From a virus (lineage: Duplodnaviria > Caudoviricetes), in IMG/VR virus record IMGVR_UViG_3300045410_000040, positions 1 through 41,590 of that record: a stretch of DNA of 41,590 bases, one strand, 5' to 3'. This document shows, piece by piece, positions 8,202 to 15,855 of this stretch. Made by a program: the position numbers and the translations under genes. The notes beneath the pieces are model-generated. The model saw only the letters and a list, made by a program, of their open reading frames with translations, was not told the DNA's origin and did no database searches. How positions within the stretch are numbered: the stretch's first letter is position 1; every line of letters starts with the position of its first letter.

Positions 8202-9727
8202 CTCTCGAACAGATCCGCGCGCAGCTCAAGGCGCTGCGCGAGCGGCTCACGGCACTGACCGGCGAGCTGCGTACCATGCCGACCGGCGAGGAGTACACCG
8301 ACGAGCACGCCACCCGTGCCGCCGCCATCGACACCGAGCTGAACACGGCCCACGCCGAGGGCGCGGAACGTGGGCTGCTCGACGAGATCGAGCGCCTGGA
8401 GCAGTCCGAGCGGACCATGGTTCGTGCTGCCGACGCTATGGCCCGCGGCCAGCAGGCCGGCGAGCCCGGCGACGGCGCCCGCTTCGGTGAGGGTGTCAAC
8501 GTGAATACCCGCACCGACGACCCGTTCGACCTGTCGACGGTGCGTGCCGTGCGCGGCCCGGAACGTGACCGGGAGATCCGTACGCGGGCAGTGACCGCGA
8601 TCGAACGCTCGACCCGGTTCCGGGAGGACGCGCACCGGGAACGTGCCACTCAGGTCGTGGAACGGTACGGGTATGAGCCGTTCCTGGCGGAGTTCGTCCT
8701 CACGGGCGCATCGGATGCATATGCCGATGGGTTCCTGCGCTCGTTGACCAGCGGCTCCGGTGGGCTGTCGGCGGACTTCACCCCGCAGGAGCGTCAGGCG
8801 CTGTCCGAGCGTCACATGCTGGCGCGCGCCATGGGGCTCTCGGATGTGACCGGGGTGCTGGTGCCCACACATCTGGACACCACGCTGATCCTCGCCAACG
8901 AGGGCCGCACCAACCCGTTGCGTCGGATCGCGCGCACCGAGGTGGGCACCACCAATGTGTACCAGTCGGTGCGCACTGCCGGTGTCACCCACGACTGGAC
9001 AGCGGAGGCTGTCGAGGTCGGGGACAACTCGCCGAGCTTCGCGAACCCGAAGGCGACCGCGTACAAGGGCACCGTGTTCGTGCCGATCAGCTTCGAGGCG
9101 TTCGAGGATGCCCGCGGCCGCGAGTCCGACATCATCATGGCGATGGAGGATGCGGTCGACGAGGCCGAGGCGATCGTGTTCATCTCCGGCAACGGCACCA
9201 CCCGCCCGCGGGGCCTGATCACTGCGCTGGACGCGAACACCAACGCCGAGGTGCCCAACGCCACGTCGAACGTGTTCGCCCTCGCGGATGTGTACAACGT
9301 GTACGAGCAGGTGCCCGTCCGGTACCGCAATGACCGCACGGCGTGGCTGGCGAACCTTGCGTTCATCAACGACATCCGCCAGTTCGGCGACGAGAACTAC
9401 AACACCCAGACGGTTCAGCTGGGTGCTCGTACGGTGCCGGCGGTCCTGGGTCACCCGATCCTGGAAGCGTCCAAGATGGATTCCGCGATCACCACGGCGG
9501 CGGTGAATGACATCCTCGCCGTCGGGGACCCGTCGACGTACCTGATCTATGACCGGCTCGGCGCGTCGGTGGAGTTCATTCCGAACCTGTTCTCCTCCAC
9601 CAACAACCGGCCGACCGGTCAGCGTGGCTGGCTCATGCATCACCGGACTGGTGCGAACCTGCTGGTCGATCAGACTGGCGCCAACGGTGTCGTCAGCTGG
9701 CGTCTACTGCAGGCCGAAACCAACTAG
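8198..9727 (+). CDS. Major capsid protein, HK97 fold with long N-terminal delta domain
   Basis: Coiled-coil N-terminus, GVLVPT, WTAEA, GNGTTRPRG, VLGHPI, GQRGW. Confidence 0.95.
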   Translation: MTLEQIRAQLKALRERLTALTGELRTMPTGEEYTDEHATRAAAIDTELNTAHAEGAERGLLDEIERLEQSERTMVRAADAMARGQQAGEPGDGARFGEGVNVNTRTDDPFDLSTVRAVRGPERDREIRTRAVTAIERSTRFREDAHRERATQVVERYGYEPFLAEFVLTGASDAYADGFLRSLTSGSGGLSADFTPQERQALSERHMLARAMGLSDVTGVLVPTHLDTTLILANEGRTNPLRRIARTEVGTTNVYQSVRTAGVTHDWTAEAVEVGDNSPSFANPKATAYKGTVFVPISFEAFEDARGRESDIIMAMEDAVDEAEAIVFISGNGTTRPRGLITALDANTNAEVPNATSNVFALADVYNVYEQVPVRYRNDRTAWLANLAFINDIRQFGDENYNTQTVQLGARTVPAVLGHPILEASKMDSAITTAAVNDILAVGDPSTYLIYDRLGASVEFIPNLFSSTNNRPTGQRGWLMHHRTGANLLVDQTGANGVVSWRLLQAETN

Positions 9728-9738
9728 TAACCCAATTC

Positions 9739-9780
9739 GCTGGTGGGTCGGGGTTACTCCTGTGGCCCCGACCCACCAGC
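9739..9780 (+). terminator. Strong hairpin after capsid gene (terminator or attenuator)
   Basis: 15-bp perfect stem GCTGGTGGGTCGGGG/CCCCGACCCACCAGC; no U-tract. Confidence 0.7.
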
Positions 9781-9802
9781 CCACCCACAGGAGGGGAAAA
9801 TC

Positions 9803-10060
9803 ATGGGCACAGTCGTGGCCAAAGGAACGTACCGGGTCGCCGGCCCGCCGGGACGGAGCCGCATCATCGAGGGCAAGGCGTACGACGAGAAGGATCCGCT
9901 GGTGAAGGCGCATCCTGATCTGTTCGACATGCCTGAACAGGCTGCCAAGCGGCAGTCGAAGCCGACGAGCACAGCCGAACTGGGAGCCAAGTCGATGTCG
10001 GCCCGGACCCGGCGGCAGAAGCCGGGCCAGTCCACATCGGCCCCCAAGGGCGACGGGTGA
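9803..10060 (+). CDS. Small basic capsid-adjacent protein
   Basis: AGGAGG SD; DPLVKAHPDLF motif; GTGA coupling to next gene. Confidence 0.8.
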   Translation: MGTVVAKGTYRVAGPPGRSRIIEGKAYDEKDPLVKAHPDLFDMPEQAAKRQSKPTSTAELGAKSMSARTRRQKPGQSTSAPKGDG

Positions 10061-12642
10061 AGCCAGGCTCGCTGGTCGTCGCCTACTTGCACGGTGGGCA
10101 GGTGGCGCACAACTTCCATCACTCGTGCCGCAACCTGTACGTCCACGACCTGACCCACGCCCAACGGCTGGTCGGGTTCATCGCGCAGGAGTGCGGCGCC
10201 GGGCGCATCACCGACGGACGCAATGATGCTGTCGAGAAGTTCCTGCGCACCGACGGGGAATGGCTGGCGTTCGTCGACTCGGACATGGGGTTCGAGCCGG
10301 ACACGTTCGACCGGCTCATCGACGCCGCTGACCCGGTGGAGCGGCCGATTGTGGGTGCGTTGGCGTTCGGGCAGCGCCGCGGAGGTCTGGGTCCGGCCGG
10401 GTCGGTGCGGCTGGAGCAGTTCCCCACCATCTACCGCTGGGTCGAGGGCGAAGGCATCTCCGGCTGTGCACCGATGCACGACTATCCGCCCGATTCACTG
10501 GTCCAGTGTGACGCGACCGGTGCCGCATGCTTCGTCGTGCACCGGTCCGTTCTGGTCAAGCTGGCGCAGACGTTCCCGGCGCCGCGGCACTGGTTCGACG
10601 AGACGATCCACCGCGGCCGAGTGTTCGGTGAGGACCTGACATTCTTCAAGCGCTGCACCGATCTCGGGTATCCGGTGTTCGTCCACACCGGGGTCAAGAC
10701 GTCGCACTTCAAGCACATCTACCTGACCGACGAGACGCAGCAACTCATCGACGATATTCCGACATTCGTCGTGATCCCGATGAAGGACCGCATGGACCTC
10801 ACCGGTCCGTTGCTGGAGCAGCTCGCCGAGCAGGACGAGTACCAGCGCATCCTGCTGTACGACAACGGCTCCATGGAAGAGACCAAGTCGGAGCTCGCCG
10901 AGCTGGACGTCCCGCGACTGACGGTCACCGACGCCGCCGGGTGGAACATTCACCAGATGTGGAACGCCGGCCTGGCCGAGGCCAAGCGCCTGGCGTGGCC
11001 GTGCAATATCGCCATCTTGAACAACGACCTGAAGATCGGGCCGGCGTTCCTGTCCGGGCTCGCCCGCGAGCTGCGCCGTGACCCGCTGCTCGCCGCGGTG
11101 TCCCCGAACTACGACAGCCGGGCTGGCGACGGTGTGCAGTACGTCACCGAGATCTGCGCCGACCGGTACGACGGCACAGGCGGGCTGGCCGGGTTCGCGT
11201 TCATGCTCAAGTCCGACGGCAACTACAGCTTCCCGGACGAGTTGCACTGGTGGTACGGCGACAACCACATGCTGGCCTCAATCGCCTACGCCGGGTCGAA
11301 GGCCGGCATCGTGCTGGGCACGACTGTGGAGCATGTAGGCGGCGGGAAGCAGACCGGCGGCTGGGATGACCCGGAGCGGGCCGCTGAGATCGAGCAGGAC
11401 CGGCAGTGGTTCCACAGCTGGCTACGGTCGATGAGCCCGGCCCCGGAACAGCACGTCATCGTCCTGTGGTCCGGATGCGATGCGGTCGACAAGATCCGCG
11501 AGGATGTTCGCACACGGTTCACCGTGGTCGACCAGTGGCGACAGGAATGGCCTGGCTTCGTCGGCGAGCTGTCGCGGTTCTACGACACCGACGCAACCGC
11601 CAAGGCCGAGCAGTGCGGCACCGGCGCGTTCACAGTGCTGGTGGTCCGCGACGACACGCCCGCCTATGGGGAGCGGGAAACCACCCGCGGTACGCGACAG
11701 GTCAACACCAACTTGTTCGACGCCAAGCAGCTTTGGCGCTCGTGGACGTCCAACGTGGAGACCGTGCACGCGTCCGACACCGTTGACGACGCCTTGGGCA
11801 ACCTCGCGGTGCTGCGGCCTGGGTTCGACGATCTGGAGTCTGCGCTCGCTGCGATCACGTGCGACTACGTGGTGCTGCGGAATTTCGACGGCGAACCGAC
11901 TGGTGACGTGGACTTGCTTGTGAGATCTCTGCCGGAGGCCGTCCGCGACCTGGGCGCGCTGCGACTGCACCCCGAGCCCCACCGGGTGCAGTACGCCGTC
12001 CGTATCGGTGGCCAGTGGACGCCGTTCGACCTGCGTCACATCGACGACGGTTACTACGACGCCGACTGGCAGTGCGACATCCTGGACTCACGGCAGGGCA
12101 ACCGGCCGGACGACGAGCACTGGTACTACTCGCTGCTGTATCACGCGCTGCACCACAAGGGCACGCTGGCCGGCTACGCCGACACCCTGGAGCGCATCCG
12201 GCCCGGGGCGGAGCACACTCGCGAGGCGCTGGCCAAGTGGATGGCCAAGTGGGGCTACCGCTATACGCATCCGACCGATGTGACGGTGCCGTTGTTCGGC
12301 GTTCTCGTTGGCACGGTCGCCACCGGGCACGGCGCCGCTGCCCGCGACGTGAAGGCCGGCTGGTATGACGAGACGCTCGGCTACGAGCCGTATCCGGGCA
12401 CCCTGAACCTGACCGTTACCGGTCCGGTGGGGATGCCGCCCGGGCAGCATCAGGTGACCACGCCGGATGGGCGGACGTTGCTGCTGTGGCCTGCCCGCGC
12501 CAACGGTGTCGACTGCTGGCTCATGGCCGGTGGCGACTCGTCCAACACGGTTGAGCTCCTTGCTGCGCTCTGCCTACGTGAGTGGCTGGGTGTGGACGAC
12601 GGTGACCAGGTGACGGTGGAGGTGGGTCATGGCGGCGACTGA
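10057..12642 (+). CDS. Five-domain protein: GT-A glycosyltransferase, GT2, NDK-like, nucleotidyltransferase, CTP-dependent riboflavin-kinase-like
   Basis: FVDSDM and GEDLTF; VVIPM..LYDNGS..ILNND..WYGDN; VHASD; YVVLRNF..GDVDLLV; GTVATGHG..PYPGTLNL..LREWLGVDDGDQVTVEV. Confidence 0.85.
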   Translation: MKPGSLVVAYLHGGQVAHNFHHSCRNLYVHDLTHAQRLVGFIAQECGAGRITDGRNDAVEKFLRTDGEWLAFVDSDMGFEPDTFDRLIDAADPVERPIVGALAFGQRRGGLGPAGSVRLEQFPTIYRWVEGEGISGCAPMHDYPPDSLVQCDATGAACFVVHRSVLVKLAQTFPAPRHWFDETIHRGRVFGEDLTFFKRCTDLGYPVFVHTGVKTSHFKHIYLTDETQQLIDDIPTFVVIPMKDRMDLTGPLLEQLAEQDEYQRILLYDNGSMEETKSELAELDVPRLTVTDAAGWNIHQMWNAGLAEAKRLAWPCNIAILNNDLKIGPAFLSGLARELRRDPLLAAVSPNYDSRAGDGVQYVTEICADRYDGTGGLAGFAFMLKSDGNYSFPDELHWWYGDNHMLASIAYAGSKAGIVLGTTVEHVGGGKQTGGWDDPERAAEIEQDRQWFHSWLRSMSPAPEQHVIVLWSGCDAVDKIREDVRTRFTVVDQWRQEWPGFVGELSRFYDTDATAKAEQCGTGAFTVLVVRDDTPAYGERETTRGTRQVNTNLFDAKQLWRSWTSNVETVHASDTVDDALGNLAVLRPGFDDLESALAAITCDYVVLRNFDGEPTGDVDLLVRSLPEAVRDLGALRLHPEPHRVQYAVRIGGQWTPFDLRHIDDGYYDADWQCDILDSRQGNRPDDEHWYYSLLYHALHHKGTLAGYADTLERIRPGAEHTREALAKWMAKWGYRYTHPTDVTVPLFGVLVGTVATGHGAAARDVKAGWYDETLGYEPYPGTLNLTVTGPVGMPPGQHQVTTPDGRTLLLWPARANGVDCWLMAGGDSSNTVELLAALCLREWLGVDDGDQVTVEVGHGGD

Positions 12643-13258
12643 CCTGCTGACCCCTTCTGAAGCACGTTCGGCGGTGAATCTGCCCGGTGGGGACACCAGC
12701 CACGACGTCGATCTGCAGCTGTACATCACCGGTATCAGCGGACGTGTCGACGCGATCTGCGGGCCTGTTGTCGAACGCACCGTCAGCTCCGAGAAGCACA
12801 ACGGCGGACGGTCCAAGATCCTGCTGGATGTGCAGCATGTCGCCTCGGTGACGTCGGTGTCGGAATGGTCGAACACCACTGAGACCGCGCTCACCGAGGA
12901 AAGCAACACCACCAAGCCGACCAGTGGGTTCCTGCTGCACACGGTCACCCCGTACGACTGGATCATCCGCCGCTCCGGCAACTCGGACGCTAGCTTCCCG
13001 TCCGGCCGTAACAACGTCGTGGTTACCTACGAGGCGGGCCGCTATGCGGATACCGCGGCGGTTGACGAGACGTTCAAGCTTGCCGCGTCGTCGATTCTGC
13101 GCCGCATTTGGAAGCGGGAGCAGTCGAGCTGGTCGCAGACCACGGACTTCTTCGCCGACACCGAGCAGCCCGCAGCGATGCGCGGATTCTTCCGCGCCGT
13201 CGACCCGATGGTGAAAGAGCTGCTCGCCGACGAGGTGCTTCCACCGGTGGGGCTCTGA
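12629..13258 (+). CDS. Head-to-tail adaptor (gp6/gp15-like)
   Basis: LLTPSEARSAV..., NVVVTYEAG; synteny. Confidence 0.8.
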   Translation: MAATDLLTPSEARSAVNLPGGDTSHDVDLQLYITGISGRVDAICGPVVERTVSSEKHNGGRSKILLDVQHVASVTSVSEWSNTTETALTEESNTTKPTSGFLLHTVTPYDWIIRRSGNSDASFPSGRNNVVVTYEAGRYADTAAVDETFKLAASSILRRIWKREQSSWSQTTDFFADTEQPAAMRGFFRAVDPMVKELLADEVLPPVGL

Positions 13259-13259
13259 C

Positions 13260-13715
13260 ATGCCGACAGCGACGACGCTGGTCACCGCGCGCAAGCTACT
13301 GGTAGCCCAGCTCAACACCGGCGACCTGACCGGCAACGTTAGCTACGCATGGCCTGGCCCCGAGGTGGCAAAAGGCCGCCACGAGCTGCTGTGGGTCGAC
13401 CAGGTGCGGGACTGGACGCAGGAGATCCCGAACCTGAAGGCGGGCCGCAAGCAGCGGCAAGAGTCCTACACGTTCGAGCTGGTGCTGTGGGTGGCGCGGC
13501 CGGAGCTGTCCGCGGCGACCGCCTCGCAGTGTGACGACCGCGCTATCGAGCTGATGGACGTCGTCGACGATGCGCTAGCCGACGACGTGCAGCTCGGCGA
13601 GACCGATGTGCACTGGCTGCTGCTCACCGACCGTGCCCATGACCTGATCCCGTACGAGACGGGCTGGGCATGCCAGATCGTCCTATCCATCGAGGGAAGC
13701 GCGAGGTTGACCTAG
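13260..13715 (+). CDS. Tail terminator / completion protein
   Basis: Size and position; ..RQESYTFELVLWV..DDALADDVQLG. Confidence 0.65.
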   Translation: MPTATTLVTARKLLVAQLNTGDLTGNVSYAWPGPEVAKGRHELLWVDQVRDWTQEIPNLKAGRKQRQESYTFELVLWVARPELSAATASQCDDRAIELMDVVDDALADDVQLGETDVHWLLLTDRAHDLIPYETGWACQIVLSIEGSARLT

Positions 13716-13717
13716 CT

Positions 13718-13918
13718 ATGAGGATCAAGTACATCGGCAACCGGCCGCGTGAGATCGCCGGACCGCGGCGCCTGACCGTCAAACCCGGCGACGTGTTCGA
13801 GGTCGGAGACACTCTCGGCAAGTCGCTGCTGCGGCAACGCCGCCGGTTCGAGCCGGCCGCCGCCCCGAAGCCGAAAGTGGAACCGAAGCCCAAGCCGGAA
13901 CCGAAGGAGATTGACTGA
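13718..13918 (+). CDS. Small virion-associated protein (MRIKYIG...)
   Basis: VKPGDVFEV motif, Pro/Lys-rich tail, TGATG coupling to major tail gene. Confidence 0.7.
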   Translation: MRIKYIGNRPREIAGPRRLTVKPGDVFEVGDTLGKSLLRQRRRFEPAAAPKPKVEPKPKPEPKEID

Positions 13919-14868
13919 TGGCGACCCCGAGTGGACTGGCCGGGCAGTTCGGGTTTATTTCTGAAACAACGACCGGCACCCCGTTGGTCGTGGATACGTT
14001 CCTGCCGTTCAACTCCGAGAGCATCAAGTCGGAGATCGAACGCATCGACTCCGAAGGTATCCGCGCCGGACGGCTGATCACCGCATCGTGGAAGCCGGGT
14101 TCGGTCACGGTGGCGGGCACGGTCGAGATGGAACTGTGGAACACCGACATTGCGACCCTGTTCCGGCACATGTTCGGCGCCGTCGCCACCGCAACCAACG
14201 GGCAGCAGTGGGACTACACGTACACGCCCGCCGATCTGACCGGGGAGTCGCTGACCATCCAGGTCGGCAAGCCGGACATCGGAGGGACGGTGCGGCCGTT
14301 CACCTACGCCGGGTGCAAGGTTGGCGGGTGGACGATGTCGGCCGAGGTCGGTTCGCTGGTGATGCTGTCGCTGGACATCGTCGGTATGACCGAGACGAAC
14401 GGCACCGCGCTGGAGACCGCCAGCTATGACACGGACCTGGAGCCGTTCGTGTTCACCGAGGCGTCACTGTCCATTGCGGGTGCGACGAACAACACGGTCA
14501 TGTCGTTCGAGCTGACGCAGGACACCGGACTCACCGAAAGGTTCCGGCTCGGTTCCGCTACCAGCCTGGAGTATCTGCAGAACGCGTTCCGTGAGTTCAC
14601 CGGCACCGCCACCGCCGACTTCCAGGATCTCACCCAGTACAACCGGTTCCTCGACGGTGACGAAGCCGCCCTCGTACTCAACTTCGACAACGGCAGCGAA
14701 ACCCTGGTGATCACCGCGAACGTGCGTTTCGACGGGGAGACACCCGAGGTGTCCGGGCCGGAGCTGCTGGAGCAGCCGATCCCGTTCAAGGCCGTCTCTG
14801 CCACGAACGACGCCAGCGCGATCACCGCGGTGCTGACGAACGCCGAGGGGCTGACCGGCGCCAGTTAG
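13918..14868 (+). CDS. Major tail (tube) protein
   Basis: AAGGAG SD; SLTIQVG, FTYAGCKV; synteny. Confidence 0.88.
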   Translation: MATPSGLAGQFGFISETTTGTPLVVDTFLPFNSESIKSEIERIDSEGIRAGRLITASWKPGSVTVAGTVEMELWNTDIATLFRHMFGAVATATNGQQWDYTYTPADLTGESLTIQVGKPDIGGTVRPFTYAGCKVGGWTMSAEVGSLVMLSLDIVGMTETNGTALETASYDTDLEPFVFTEASLSIAGATNNTVMSFELTQDTGLTERFRLGSATSLEYLQNAFREFTGTATADFQDLTQYNRFLDGDEAALVLNFDNGSETLVITANVRFDGETPEVSGPELLEQPIPFKAVSATNDASAITAVLTNAEGLTGAS

Positions 14869-14877
14869 GCGCATCTC

Positions 14878-15309
14878 ATGGCCATACCAGTGCTGGCGGC
14901 GCTGCTCGGGTTCGGCGGCGGCAACAGCCGTGGGCGTATCCGCATCGAGGGCTGGCGGGAGTTGCAGCGGGAGATCTCCCGCGCAGCCGACAAGGACTTG
15001 CCGAAGCAGATCGGCAGGGTGCACAAGGATGTCGGGAAGCTCGTCATCTCTCGGTTGCGTCCACCGTCGGTCGGTGAGGGCGCCGGTGCTTCGGTGCGGC
15101 CGTCCGCGACGCGGCGTGAGGTGACGTTGCGGGTCGGCGGCGGGCATCGTGACGAGCATGTCCGGCAGTGGGGGCGTCGGCAACTCTGGCCAGGCGGGGA
15201 CGCGCCCGAGCGTCCGGACGTCTTGGGTACGGCCCGCCGACATGAGGCGGAGATCATGGACGCCCTACTCAAAGGTGTCGAAAAGGCTTTGAAGCCACCG
15301 TTCAAATAG
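14878..15309 (+). CDS. HK97 gp10-like tail completion / neck protein
   Basis: IRIEGWRELQREI N-terminal pattern; basic; start uncertain. Confidence 0.6.
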   Translation: MAIPVLAALLGFGGGNSRGRIRIEGWRELQREISRAADKDLPKQIGRVHKDVGKLVISRLRPPSVGEGAGASVRPSATRREVTLRVGGGHRDEHVRQWGRRQLWPGGDAPERPDVLGTARRHEAEIMDALLKGVEKALKPPFK

Positions 15310-15325
15310 ATCACAGGAGATCATT

Positions 15326-15700
15326 ATGGCTGTCGGTGTGGTCAAGGCGACCATCAAATTCACACTCAATGGTCGGAAGAAGACACTCGACTTCCGGCAA
15401 GTCCCGTTCAAGGTTTGGCCTGCGCTGAAGGCTGCGAACGGGTTCACACAGCGCACCCTGGTCGACGCGCTGATCGCGCAAGATGTCGAGGCCATCGTCG
15501 CTCTGATCTGGCTGGAACGGACCCAGCGGGAGCGGAAGCTGCGGTACATCGACGTGTTCCAGGAGATCGAATCCAGCGATGATGACGATGACATCGAGGT
15601 GTATCAGCTGATCGTCGAGGGCCGGAAGTTCGGCGACGACGAACCCGACACCGACGACGAAGACGCGGAGGGTGAGGACCCTACTACCGGCAGCTCCTGA
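15326..15700 (+). CDS. Tail assembly chaperone (G)
   Basis: AGGAG SD; acidic C-terminus ending DPTTGSS; upstream of tape measure. Confidence 0.8.
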   Translation: MAVGVVKATIKFTLNGRKKTLDFRQVPFKVWPALKAANGFTQRTLVDALIAQDVEAIVALIWLERTQRERKLRYIDVFQEIESSDDDDDIEVYQLIVEGRKFGDDEPDTDDEDAEGEDPTTGSS

Positions 15701-15852
15701 CGTGGCTGCCGGTACTTTCCCGCGAGTTCGGCCTGACACCGGCGGACGTGTGGGATTGCACCGCCGAGGAGCTGGCGACCTATCTCGATGAGCTGAACCG
15801 GATGGCCCGCGAGGCCAAGAAGAACGCTCGCAAACGACGTCGGCGGAGGTGA
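15676..15852 (+). CDS. Tail assembly chaperone frameshift extension (T part of G-T)
   Basis: -1 frame open 15676-15852 (GPYYRQLLTWLPVLSREFGLTPADVWDCTAEEL...) without its own early start; fills the gap to the tape measure. Confidence 0.75.
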   Translation, partial: GPYYRQLLTWLPVLSREFGLTPADVWDCTAEELATYLDELNRMAREAKKNARKRRRRR

Positions 15853-15855
15853 GCC

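Noticed and set aside
8012-9643. Long antisense ORFs (543 aa here; also 21965-23263, 39006-40229, 6509-7516, 29485-30396)
   Set aside because: Shadow frames of high-GC genes that have clear motifs on the other strand.
12300-12642. Stand-alone FMN-biosynthesis auxiliary metabolic gene
   Set aside because: The domain is fused to glycosyltransferases, its Gly-rich motif is diverged (TGHGAA), and no other flavin genes are present; substrate left open.
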